From a virus (lineage: Duplodnaviria > Caudoviricetes): DNA of 32,626 nucleotides. Positions 1 to 8,609 of this stretch are shown one piece after another. Numbering within the stretch: the stretch's first letter is position 1; the number at the start of each line of letters is the position of its first letter. The notes under the pieces are model-generated. The model was not told where the DNA came from and did not search any database. It saw nothing but the letters and a program-made list of their open reading frames with translations. The position numbers and the translations under genes were made by a program. Location: IMG/VR virus record IMGVR_UViG_3300042518_001123, positions 1-32,626 of that record. One strand, given 5' to 3'.

Positions 1-127
1 ATCGACGCGGCTGCATCGTGATCGTGATGGCATCGAGTGATTGCAGCACGTTGTACAGATCGGCGCGGTTGGGCGTTGATCCGCTGAGCGGTAGCCAGCG
101 CGACAGCTCGACATCCTGCCACAGTGC
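1..127. repeat. Terminal direct repeat, left copy (circular assembly overlap)
   Basis: Identical to 32500-32626. The reading frame continues across the junction. 127 bp is a common assembler k-mer length. Confidence 0.95.
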
Positions 128-442
128 CGTGTACAGCGTGTCGTACAGCGCGACGCGGTAGCCCAGCGCCTGGATGCGCACACTGGTGGTGCTGTCGATG
201 CTGACGCCGGCAGCCGTCACGCGTCCTTGCCACAGGATCTCCATGCCTCGGCTAACCTGCACGTGTAGGATCTCGCGCCGATCGAACAGTGCCACGGCCT
301 CACGTGGCGAGATGATTGCCGTGTAGGTGAGGTCTTTGTCGCCGCCCGTGTCGGTCGACCACTGCAGCTCGGTTATCTGCGCGCTATGGTCGGCAATCTG
401 CAGACCTTGTGGCGAGTCGTACAGACCAACTTGATATCTCAT
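1..442 (-). CDS. 5' part of tail-tip/baseplate hub (Tal-like) protein spanning the circular junction (~512 aa in total)
   Basis: ATG at 442-440 overlaps the stop of the Dit-like gene (ATGA). I read an open frame MRYQVGLYDSPQGLQIADHS...ILWQGRV...IQALGY...NVLQSLDAITITMQPRR that joins ORF 31403-32548 in frame. Absent from the ORF track. Confidence 0.75.
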   Translation of the reverse strand, partial: MRYQVGLYDSPQGLQIADHSAQITELQWSTDTGGDKDLTYTAIISPREAVALFDRREILHVQVSRGMEILWQGRVTAAGVSIDSTTSVRIQALGYRVALYDTLYTALWQDVELSRWLPLSGSTPNRADLYNVLQSLDAITITMQPRR

Positions 443-1869
443 TGCGGCACCACATACGCGCTGCGTCGTCGTACTGACCAGTTCTGTGTCACGGCCACGT
501 ACTGGATTGAGCTCGAGATGAATGTTCCGTAGATTGTACCGGTGTTCGGCGCCTGGTGAATCGAGAGATCGCCGTAGGCCACATTGGCTGCAGATCGCAG
601 TACATCTCCTGGGCTTCGTACATCCGCGCTCGGGTTGGGAGCCACCGTCGGTCGATGGTATGTAACGAGAGCATCAGTACTGTAGCTTTGGACGTTTGCA
701 TCCAGGTATATCGCTGCGTTGTACTGTCGCGGGTAATACACATACACTGCTGCGATATCGATGAAGTCGCCAATCGGCGCTGAGCCTCGCGACACGCTCA
801 GCTGCACATCGTGGAATCGTCCGCGCTGCATGAAGTATCCCATGTGCACCACGTAAACTTGATTGGTTGATGATGGCGAGAACTCAATGGCAACCGGCGG
901 GCCCTCGACGATGATCGGCGCGGTTGATGGCCCCAGCATGCGTATCTGCAGAACCCACGGCTCGGTGCTGCTCGACACCAGCGCTGTGGCGATTGTCAGA
1001 TACACATCGAAGCCGCCCGCCAGTGAATTGACCAAGGCAGTCCCGAGATTTGTGGTGGCATCGTTCACCACAGCAGCAGTCGACGTGAATCGCAGGTAGT
1101 TGATGTTCAACGCTGGCGGGAACGCGTACGTGCCGGGAGGCAGTGTTCCCATGCCCATCCCTGGTGGCAGTGCGGTGAAGATCGACGTATTGTCAGTCGT
1201 AAATACACCATCATCTACGGTAGTAGCGCCAAACAGCGAGGCAGAGAACGTTTGCAGATCTGTAGTGTCCTGATGCATCAGCAGCAGGCCACGCACGCGA
1301 GGCTCCGGGCCGACGACTGGCGTGAGCGCTACCTCGATCGGCGACGGAGCCGGCAGGCTGGCCAGCGTGAACGCCGTTGTGGTCCGCGCTGCCACGGCCG
1401 ACGCCGTCGCCGTCGTCGCGGCTGCGCTCGAGATCCACAGGCCGCGTCGTCGCATCGATAGCGTGATCGACGAGATCTCGTTGATGATCAGCAGATCTGC
1501 CCAGTCTGCCGACAGCCCGGCGCCGCCACCGTCTGGGCCGAGCAGCGCGGCCTCGAGCACGACGCCGGAGCCCAAGCTGCTGTTGTCGATGCGGATGCGC
1601 AGCTTCACGCAGGCGACGTCCTCGCCGCGTGCCCAGCGTCGCGCCTGATCGAGGAGTCGCACGATCTCGCGCAGATCCGGGATGGCGGTATTACCCTGCG
1701 CCGTGACGGTGATCTGCTCGGTGACGTCGTCGTACGGGCCACGCCCGCCGAGGTCGCTAATGATCGGCGGCGCTACCTGCAGTGGCCAGCCGTTGGCGGC
1801 GAGGTGCAGCGACGTCGTGCTGATGAGGCTGATCGTGGTTGTGCCGTCGCTGATCGATAATGTCTGCAT
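439..1869 (-). CDS. Distal tail (Dit-like) / minor tail protein, 476 aa
   Basis: Directly downstream of the tape measure gene; beta-rich. Call rests on synteny. Confidence 0.65.
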   Translation of the reverse strand: MQTLSISDGTTTISLISTTSLHLAANGWPLQVAPPIISDLGGRGPYDDVTEQITVTAQGNTAIPDLREIVRLLDQARRWARGEDVACVKLRIRIDNSSLGSGVVLEAALLGPDGGGAGLSADWADLLIINEISSITLSMRRRGLWISSAAATTATASAVAARTTTAFTLASLPAPSPIEVALTPVVGPEPRVRGLLLMHQDTTDLQTFSASLFGATTVDDGVFTTDNTSIFTALPPGMGMGTLPPGTYAFPPALNINYLRFTSTAAVVNDATTNLGTALVNSLAGGFDVYLTIATALVSSSTEPWVLQIRMLGPSTAPIIVEGPPVAIEFSPSSTNQVYVVHMGYFMQRGRFHDVQLSVSRGSAPIGDFIDIAAVYVYYPRQYNAAIYLDANVQSYSTDALVTYHRPTVAPNPSADVRSPGDVLRSAANVAYGDLSIHQAPNTGTIYGTFISSSIQYVAVTQNWSVRRRSAYVVPQ

Positions 1870-4800
1870 TAGATTCCTCGCGGCAGCTGCGACTGCACAA
1901 TGCCTCGGCGGGCCGCCTCGTCCATGCCATCGCGGACCGCGCGCCTGATGGCGTCGATGTCGCGCGCGTCGCGAACCGAGCCAATGTTGATGACGATCGA
2001 CGGGCTCGAAACCGTAGCCACCGATGCGCCAGGTAGCACGCTACCGACTGCTGCCCCTCGTGTCGTTGGTGGTGGCGCTGGCAGCGTCGCGGCAGCGCTG
2101 CGCGTGATCTTGAAGCCCAATAGCGCAAGCGCATCGCGGATTGGCTTGGGCAGCGAGTTGATCGCGGATTGGACCAGATCCTTGAACGCGTCCTTGAGTT
2201 TATCTACGGCTCCGGTGATCGCTCTGATCATGCCGCCGACCAGCGAATCGGCGATGCCCAGCGCAACTTTTCCTAGGCTAAACGATTCCAGCCACGTGCG
2301 AACTGCGGTCAGTGCATTGATGACAGCAGTTTTGATGTTGCCCAGCGGCGTGCTGATGGCATCGAGCGCGCCGCTGATTGCGTTCGTAATCCCGTTGCGG
2401 ATGTTCGTCAGCACGCCACTGATCCCATCCCACGCGAGCTGAATCGCTTGAATGATGCGCAGCCGAATGGTGCTTAGTGTGTCTCTGATACCATCCCACG
2501 CAAACGCGATGGCGTTGATGATGCCCTGCTTGATTTTGCCCAGGTTGATGGTCAGTCCATCCCACGCGAGCTGAATCGCCTGGATGATGCGCAAGCGAAT
2601 GGTGCTTAGTGTGTCTCTGATACCATCCCACGCAAACGCAATGGCGTCGATGATGCCCTGCCGGATCTTGCTTAGGTTTGCGACCAGTCCCTCCCACGCC
2701 AGCTGGATCGCCTGGATGATGCGCAAGCGAATGGTGCTTAGTGTGTCTCTGATACCATCCCACGCAAACGCGATGGCGTCGATGATGCCCTGCCGGATCT
2801 TGCTTAGGTTTGCGACCAGTCCCTCCCACGCGGCTTTGATGGCGTTGACGATGCCGTCGCGAATGGTGGTCAGGAATGTCACGATGCCGGTCCAGGCTTT
2901 CGTGATCGCATCGATGATACCCTGCCGGATTTTGGTCAGGTTTGCGCCCAGTCCCTCCCACGCGGCTTTGATGGCGTTGATGATGCCATTCCGAATGGTG
3001 GTCAGGAATGTCACGATGCCGGTCCAGGCTTTCGTGATCGCATCGATGATACCCTGGCGGATCTTGCTTAGGTTTGCGACCAGTCCCTCCCACGCGGCTT
3101 TGATGGCGTTGATGATGCCATTCCGAATGTTGGTCAGGAATGTCACGATGCCGGTCCAGGCTCGCAAAATTGCAGCAATGATACCTATTTGGATTCTTGT
3201 CAGTGTCGCGGTGATCCCGTTCCATGCATTGGTGAATGTATTGACGATGCCGTTCTGTATCGTGGTCAGTGTGCCGGTGATGCCGTTCCATGCGCCAGTG
3301 AACGCATTGGTGATGCCGTTCTGTATCGTGGTCAGTGTGCCGGTGATCCCGTTCCATGCGCCAGTGAACGCATTGGTGATGCCGTTCTGTATCGTGGTCA
3401 GCGTGCCAGTGATCCCGTTCCATGCACCAGTGAACGCACTGGTGATGGCCGCCGTGACCTGATTGAGGATCGGACCGATCACCGCGACGATCGTGTTCCA
3501 CGTTCCCACCAGGTACGTGGAGATCCCATCCACGATGGTCTGCAGCCCATCGGCGGCGCCTTGCCAGTCGCCTTGGATCAGCGCGGTAACGGTCTTCACA
3601 ATCCCGCGGATGATCTCCATGAATCCGCTGATCTGCTGGCTGATCCCGTTGAACACGTTGAACGCAATAACCTGGATGTCATTGCCGTAGGTCTCCCAGT
3701 ATTTCTGAATCTCTGAGAGCGCGCCGTTGATCAGCTGACCGATGCCGATCATTGCCGCGTTGACGAGCTTCACAATCTCGTCCCACAGCGCGCCGAGCTG
3801 GATTGCGAGATCGTTGACCGTAGCGATAATCTCGTCGCCGTACGTTGCCCAAAACTTCGCGATGACCTCGGTGATAGTCGCGACTGTTGCCTCGATCTGC
3901 ATCATCACGCTGCTGATCACGGCTACCGCGGTGTTGAACGTCGTCTGTACCTGCGCGATGATGCGATCACCGTTCTCCTGCCACCATCCAACCACGGCTG
4001 CCGTGATGGTTTGCACCACACGCGCGATAACCTGCATTGCCGTCATGACAAACGCTTTAGCCGTCTCGAATGCGTCTTTGATCTGGATAGCCATGCCCGG
4101 ATACTGTGTTGTGATGGTCTCGTACACTTTTGCGCCAGCGGCCACCACCGCGAACAGTGCGGCGACGAACGCGCCCGTGGTTGCAATCACGCCGGCAATC
4201 GGCGCGATCACGGAGCCCAGCGCAGCGACCAGCGCTACGCCGACCACTGCTACGAGTCCGGCAATGATTGGGATCAGGTTGTCCTGGACGATCTTGATGA
4301 ACGGCTTCATCGCCGCGACGATCGCTGTACCCTGGCCAGCGAATTGCTCGAGGCCCGGCACCAGCTTGAACACCTCCTCGAAGAGTTGCGCCAGTGGGTC
4401 CTCGGCAGCCATGATGCTGTTCGCCACGCCCAGCAACAGATCGCTGAGCGGCAGCAGCGCCAGCGAGAACTTGTCGAAGATGAGCGCCGGAACCTCGCCG
4501 AGTGAGCCCAGGATCACGCCGCGCTCGGCCTCGGCAGTTTCGCCGAGTTCTTCCATGCTCGTGCCGGTCAGCGTCAGCTGCGACATGATCTGCGGGCCGA
4601 GGTCTTCCCACTGCGTGCCGAACAACTGCACACCGGCGGCGTTCCGCTCGACCTCGCTCTCGATTCCGGCGAGTGCTGGGACGATGATCTTGAACGCGTC
4701 GGCCGTCGTCTTCGATCCGTCCATCAGGCCCTGCTGGAGATCGTTGATCTCCTTGGCCGACAGATCGGTGAAGTAGAGTGCGCTCTCGAATCCACTGACC

Positions 4801-5414
4801 ATGCGCTTGACGATCTCGCCGGAGCCGTCGAGCGCTTCGGCGAACGTCATGTCACCTTCGGCCAGCTGCAGCTCGCTGAGCCGAATGCCGAACTCTTTGA
4901 ACGCGTCGGCGGCCTTGTCGGTGCCGAGCACGCCGCCGGCCAAGCCGCTCTCGAGCAGCGAGAAGAACTCCTCGGCGGTGGCACCGCCATCAACGAACAG
5001 GTTTGAGTACTCGCCGATGCTGTCGAGGAAATCGCCGGAGGCATTGAGCCCGCGGTTGAAGCCCGACACGATGAGGTCGTTGGCTTCCTCACTGGTCAGC
5101 CCGAAATCCTCCATCAACGTGCGCGTCGCCGCCACCGTCTTGTTGACGTCTTCGCCGTACCTGCGCGCCAGCAGCTGAGCATCGTCGAGCACTGCGGTTA
5201 GATCGACGTTGTTGAGTCCCTGCAGCACGGTGCGCGCGTTCGATGCCTGGTCGCCGATGTTGATCAACCCGGCAGTGACCGCAGCAACCCCGGCGCCGGC
5301 TGCGACGGCTGCGCCGGTGCCGAGTCCCGTCAGTCCGGTGTTGAGATCGTTGAGCGCGCCCTTCGCCATGTCCTTGAGCTTGACGATGATCTCGAGCTCA
5401 GCCTTAGCCATCAC
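1869..5414 (-). CDS. Tape measure protein, 1181 aa
   Basis: Longest ORF; follows the tail chaperone. N-terminal TMP-like region (GTDKAADAFKEF, LFGTQWEDLG), hydrophobic segments, Trp-periodic 11/22-aa repeats. Confidence 0.93.
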   Translation of the reverse strand: MMAKAELEIIVKLKDMAKGALNDLNTGLTGLGTGAAVAAGAGVAAVTAGLINIGDQASNARTVLQGLNNVDLTAVLDDAQLLARRYGEDVNKTVAATRTLMEDFGLTSEEANDLIVSGFNRGLNASGDFLDSIGEYSNLFVDGGATAEEFFSLLESGLAGGVLGTDKAADAFKEFGIRLSELQLAEGDMTFAEALDGSGEIVKRMVSGFESALYFTDLSAKEINDLQQGLMDGSKTTADAFKIIVPALAGIESEVERNAAGVQLFGTQWEDLGPQIMSQLTLTGTSMEELGETAEAERGVILGSLGEVPALIFDKFSLALLPLSDLLLGVANSIMAAEDPLAQLFEEVFKLVPGLEQFAGQGTAIVAAMKPFIKIVQDNLIPIIAGLVAVVGVALVAALGSVIAPIAGVIATTGAFVAALFAVVAAGAKVYETITTQYPGMAIQIKDAFETAKAFVMTAMQVIARVVQTITAAVVGWWQENGDRIIAQVQTTFNTAVAVISSVMMQIEATVATITEVIAKFWATYGDEIIATVNDLAIQLGALWDEIVKLVNAAMIGIGQLINGALSEIQKYWETYGNDIQVIAFNVFNGISQQISGFMEIIRGIVKTVTALIQGDWQGAADGLQTIVDGISTYLVGTWNTIVAVIGPILNQVTAAITSAFTGAWNGITGTLTTIQNGITNAFTGAWNGITGTLTTIQNGITNAFTGAWNGITGTLTTIQNGIVNTFTNAWNGITATLTRIQIGIIAAILRAWTGIVTFLTNIRNGIINAIKAAWEGLVANLSKIRQGIIDAITKAWTGIVTFLTTIRNGIINAIKAAWEGLGANLTKIRQGIIDAITKAWTGIVTFLTTIRDGIVNAIKAAWEGLVANLSKIRQGIIDAIAFAWDGIRDTLSTIRLRIIQAIQLAWEGLVANLSKIRQGIIDAIAFAWDGIRDTLSTIRLRIIQAIQLAWDGLTINLGKIKQGIINAIAFAWDGIRDTLSTIRLRIIQAIQLAWDGISGVLTNIRNGITNAISGALDAISTPLGNIKTAVINALTAVRTWLESFSLGKVALGIADSLVGGMIRAITGAVDKLKDAFKDLVQSAINSLPKPIRDALALLGFKITRSAAATLPAPPPTTRGAAVGSVLPGASVATVSSPSIVINIGSVRDARDIDAIRRAVRDGMDEAARRGIVQSQLPRGI
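2400..3450 (-). repeat. 66-bp (22-aa) tandem repeats with 132-bp higher-order units inside the tape measure gene
   Basis: Units such as TGAWNGITGTLTTIQNGITNAF, AWEGLVANLSKIRQGIIDAI and FAWDGIRDTLSTIRLRIIQAIQ recur near-identically at DNA level. Boundaries approximate. Confidence 0.9.
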
Positions 5415-5634
5415 CGTCTCCGTTCTGCTGCCTTGCGCTCGGACTCTTGCTGCTGGCTGCGCGCTTCGTATGCTGCCATGATCTCGTCGAGCGCGTCGGG
5501 ATCGAGGTCATCGACGTCGCGCAGATCGAGGCGCGCGACGTCCATGAGCAGCAGGTTGATGTGGGCGTCGTACTGGCCAGCGCTGACCGCGCGTCCGCGA
5601 AATCGCGCACGCCATCGCGCGATCAGCTCGTTGC
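5411..5634 (-). CDS. Tail assembly chaperone C-terminal extension (gpT-like), reached by -1 frameshift
   Basis: The -1 frame RNELIARWR...AERRR starts right after slippery C CCA AAC and stops overlapping the tape measure start. Confidence 0.75.
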
Positions 5635-5991
5635 GTTTGGGCTTCGGCGCGCGTTGCGGTCCGAGATCTCCTGCAGCACGCGTTGCACCAGCGGCTCGCT
5701 GGCGTCCAGCTCGCCGATCGTCTCTGGCGTGCAGACCACGCCGTTGAACGACGGGCCCTGCCATGCCAGGATGTTCTGCCGAAGCAGCGCGAGCTGGTAC
5801 ATGCCCACGTCGATGTCGACCTCCATGGCGCGCCCGCCGGAGCCCTTCATCGACGTTGCCTCGGACTGCACCGCCTGCTGTACTGCGACGCTCATGCGGT
5901 TCCGAATCCAGATGACGTCGATTGCCGGCGTGATCGCACCGTCAGCGACCTCGCCGTCCACGCCGATAGCCACTCGACCTTTGGCAAACAT
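5623..5991 (-). CDS. Tail assembly chaperone (gpG-like), 122 aa
   Basis: Lies between tail tube and tape measure; RBS CAGGAG; ILAWQG...CTPETI segment; slippery heptamer near the 3' end. Confidence 0.8.
   Translation of the reverse strand: MFAKGRVAIGVDGEVADGAITPAIDVIWIRNRMSVAVQQAVQSEATSMKGSGGRAMEVDIDVGMYQLALLRQNILAWQGPSFNGVVCTPETIGELDASEPLVQRVLQEISDRNARRSPNATS
5635..5641 (-). other. Programmed -1 ribosomal frameshift site CCCAAAC
   Basis: X XXY YYZ heptamer correctly phased (AGC CCA AAC) three sense codons before the chaperone stop. Confidence 0.78.
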
Positions 5992-6007
5992 GTCTGTGTC
6001 TCCTGCT

Positions 6008-6029
6008 AAAAAAAGCTACCCAGCGATGC
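6008..6029 (+). promoter_or_regulatory. A-tract + CCCAGCGATGC motif, copy 1
   Basis: AAAAAAAGCTACCCAGCGATGC, intergenic; the same core recurs at 9778, 21761 (reverse), 24185 and 26071. Confidence 0.6.
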
Positions 6030-6050
6030 TTGAAAATCCGACCACCGATG

Positions 6051-7058
6051 CTAGAGTGTGGCCGAGTCGTTGAACACCTTTATCTGGCAGTCGCTGGCCA
6101 ATGTGCTGTCTACCTGCCCCTCGATGGTCAGCTCCACGGTGCGATTGCTGTCCGCGTTGGTGCCCCACGACAGCGCCGTGAACGGGCCGTAGGTGTCGAC
6201 GATTACCTGGTGTCGAAACGTCGACTCGATCGTCGCACCGTTGTGGATCACGCGCACCTTGAGCGTGTCGTGGTTCGCCCAGTTGTCGTACTGCGACATA
6301 TCTGGGAGTTCCATCACGATCGTGGTGGTGATGCCGATCACGCGTGAACGCCCAGTTGCCGCGAAGTCCAGCGTCGACGTGGCGCCGCCGCCCAGGAACT
6401 TGAAGGTCACGCCGGTGCGCAGCGTATGGGAGGCGCTGACCAGGCGTCCCGTCACTGCCGTGGTGCCGATCCCCGAGCTGGTGTCGATGAACAGCGACAT
6501 CATCTGGCCCGGCAGCATGACGCCAGCCGTTGCTGTTGGTGCCGCGTCTGCCGGGCTGTTTGTCGCGATCTTGCGACACTCCCCGTTGCCGGAGAATGTT
6601 AGCACGCCGTCCTCGCTCGACGCGTCGTTCGACAGTGTCGCCTCCAAGAACATCGCGTAGGCGCCGACCCACTGGCGGATCGAGCTGTCGCCGAACCAGA
6701 GCGTGTAGCTCTCGATGTCGTCGGCTGTGATGTCGCGGGCGAAGGCCCACTCGCGCGTGTTCGTCGCGCCGCCAGGCGTGGTGGCAGAGACGTTGCCGTT
6801 CAGAATACCGCTCAGCAGGAACGGCAGGATGCGCGTGTCGACGGGCCCCTCGGCGATCTCGAACGTCGCGCCGTACCGCGTCGCGACGGTGCGGTAGTTG
6901 CTGGCCAGCGTGCCGCGACTCTCGTCGGGCGCCTGGACGCTCTTCGTCGGCGTGATGCTGCCGCCGAGGTGAATGAGATGTGTCGGCGCGCTGATCGCGG
7001 TTCCGCGCGTCGACTCGATCGCGGCCAGCAGTGTCTCAAAGGCTAGCTCGACGGCCAT
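6051..7058 (-). CDS. Major tail (tube) protein, 335 aa
   Basis: Upstream of chaperone and tape measure; strong RBS GGAGG; N-terminal E-x-x-x-G-T motif (IESTRGTA) common in tail tube proteins; Thr/Gly-rich beta composition. Confidence 0.8.
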   Translation of the reverse strand: MAVELAFETLLAAIESTRGTAISAPTHLIHLGGSITPTKSVQAPDESRGTLASNYRTVATRYGATFEIAEGPVDTRILPFLLSGILNGNVSATTPGGATNTREWAFARDITADDIESYTLWFGDSSIRQWVGAYAMFLEATLSNDASSEDGVLTFSGNGECRKIATNSPADAAPTATAGVMLPGQMMSLFIDTSSGIGTTAVTGRLVSASHTLRTGVTFKFLGGGATSTLDFAATGRSRVIGITTTIVMELPDMSQYDNWANHDTLKVRVIHNGATIESTFRHQVIVDTYGPFTALSWGTNADSNRTVELTIEGQVDSTLASDCQIKVFNDSATL

Positions 7059-7073
7059 GGTGTGGTCCTCCGT

Positions 7074-7751
7074 TTACGCGTGACGAGCGATGGTCAGATT
7101 ATATGTGCCAGCAGTGATGCCGGCTCCGCCAGTAATCAATAGCAATACGTTGCCTACACTGGTGGCCACGACGGGCGCGGCAGTGTTAGCTGATAGTGTT
7201 CCTCCTGCTGACAATGCCTGCCCATCGTGAGGGTACAGCAAGAGTACGCGGACCTGCCCAGAGCTTTGTGTCCATGTCTGGACGATGTTTCCACCGTCCG
7301 CGTAGTAATTTATCGTTGAGTCAGCTGTTGGGGCCGTTGTCCATCGGACAATGATGGTCAACCGATTGTAACCGCTGTTCAACAGCGGGATTTGCCAAGT
7401 GACAGTTTTTACTGCAGTAAACGAGTAATCGCCGGCCACTGGTTGACTGCCGGAAACTAAAATGTCCTGCGACTCCGAGCTCTCCAGCGCTGGCGTGTGC
7501 GTGCCGGTCGGGTTCGCCGAGTTGAACACGCTGACACGATACCGCGCAAGCGCGAGCCGATCCTCTTGTGCAAATGTCATCGGCACACTGTTGGCGCGCG
7601 TTGCCGAGCCCAGCAGCACTGCGCCAGTCGTGCCGTGCACCAGCACAGCGCCGGCATGCAGCTGGCTCGAAATCTCGATCGCGCGGATGCTTCGCTGCGT
7701 CGTGCCCGACGGCGTTGTCACGGGCTCCAAGATGTTGTAGTTGTCTGCCAT
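7074..7751 (-). CDS. Hypothetical virion-associated protein, 225 aa, with a low-GC C-terminal beta-rich domain
   Basis: Fills the gap between neck genes and tail tube with tight spacing; codon usage shifts at about 7470. Confidence 0.7.
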   Translation of the reverse strand: MADNYNILEPVTTPSGTTQRSIRAIEISSQLHAGAVLVHGTTGAVLLGSATRANSVPMTFAQEDRLALARYRVSVFNSANPTGTHTPALESSESQDILVSGSQPVAGDYSFTAVKTVTWQIPLLNSGYNRLTIIVRWTTAPTADSTINYYADGGNIVQTWTQSSGQVRVLLLYPHDGQALSAGGTLSANTAAPVVATSVGNVLLLITGGAGITAGTYNLTIARHA

Positions 7752-7752
7752 G

Positions 7753-8199
7753 CTATCCCCTCAGCACTTTATCGTGTACCGCCGTCGTGATGTCGACGAT
7801 CCGGTACTCGTTGCCGTCCACGACGATCCAGCCCGTGGCGATGCTCTCGATGGTCGCGCCGCTGCCCGCCGTGATCAGTCCCGCGAGCGTGCGGTTCGTC
7901 GAGACCTCCATGAGGTCGAGTGCCGCGCCGGTATAGTATCGCACATCGCGCTCGGCCTGCTCGGTGTCGCGCCACGACAGCAGGATCCGCGAGATCAGGC
8001 GATACCGATACGCCACCAGCCTTGTGTTGCTGCCGGCAGATGTCGTGGCGTCCGTGCGCTCCACGGTGTCCAGCAGCGTGTACAGCAGCGGCGGCGCCTG
8101 GACGGCGCGCGGCTCGTATGGCAGCGTCGCCGTGATACCTGGCATGCTGCCGTAGATCGTGTGCAGGTTTCCGACAATGTCCTCGAGACGATAGCTCAC
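7753..8199 (-). CDS. Putative tail terminator / tail completion protein, 148 aa
   Basis: Size and position after the gp10-like gene; GTGA start/stop overlap. Confidence 0.6.
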   Translation of the reverse strand: MSYRLEDIVGNLHTIYGSMPGITATLPYEPRAVQAPPLLYTLLDTVERTDATTSAGSNTRLVAYRYRLISRILLSWRDTEQAERDVRYYTGAALDLMEVSTNRTLAGLITAGSGATIESIATGWIVVDGNEYRIVDITTAVHDKVLRG

Positions 8200-8609
8200 G
8201 AGCCACCTACGATTCTCTGCCCGGCCTTGTCGATCTCATCGAGGATCGGTGCCTGCGCGCGCTGCAGCGCCCACTCGAGGAAAGGCTTGCGGCGATGAAC
8301 CCGTTTTGCGTACACGACGTTCGTGCCGACGATCCCGCGCTGACGCGTCAGCTCGACACGTGACGTGATCGACCGTCGCAGGTTTCCGGTCATCACCGGC
8401 GTGTACTCGCCCAGCGTCATGTCGCGGAACACGCGGCCGCCCATCATGATCGGCCTCGGACGCGGGCCACGCGGCCCGGGTTTCTTCGTCTCCGCCAGCA
8501 CCAGCGCCGTGGCCCGCGTGATCAGCGAGTCGAGGATCTTCTGGGCGCGCTCCGGATCGAGACGCTGCAGGAGCTTCTCGAGTCCATCGATGTCGATGCG
8601 TGTCGTCAT
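8196..8609 (-). CDS. HK97 gp10-like neck/tail completion protein
   Basis: Motifs IDGLEKL, TPVMTGNLRRSI, VGTNVVYA, KPFL. Start at 8609 by ATGA overlap and RBS GAGGTGG. Confidence 0.8.
   Translation of the reverse strand: MTTRIDIDGLEKLLQRLDPERAQKILDSLITRATALVLAETKKPGPRGPRPRPIMMGGRVFRDMTLGEYTPVMTGNLRRSITSRVELTRQRGIVGTNVVYAKRVHRRKPFLEWALQRAQAPILDEIDKAGQRIVGGS

Noticed and set aside
1-127. Biological terminal repeat of the virion DNA
   Set aside because: It falls mid-gene and matches a typical assembler k-mer length; more likely a circularisation overlap.
2278-3501. Long alternative-frame and antisense ORFs over the tape measure repeats, and similar ones genome-wide
   Set aside because: Shadow ORFs expected from high GC and repeats; Arg/His-rich, no RBS, fully overlapping well-supported genes.
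6030-6057. Possible antisense promoter TTGAAA-N16-TAGAGT pointing into the tail tube gene
   Set aside because: Suboptimal spacing and -10, and no credible downstream gene; cannot be supported from sequence alone.
439-7751. Diversity-generating retroelement or invertible tail locus
   Set aside because: No reverse transcriptase, recombinase, template/variable repeat pair or flanking inverted repeats were seen.
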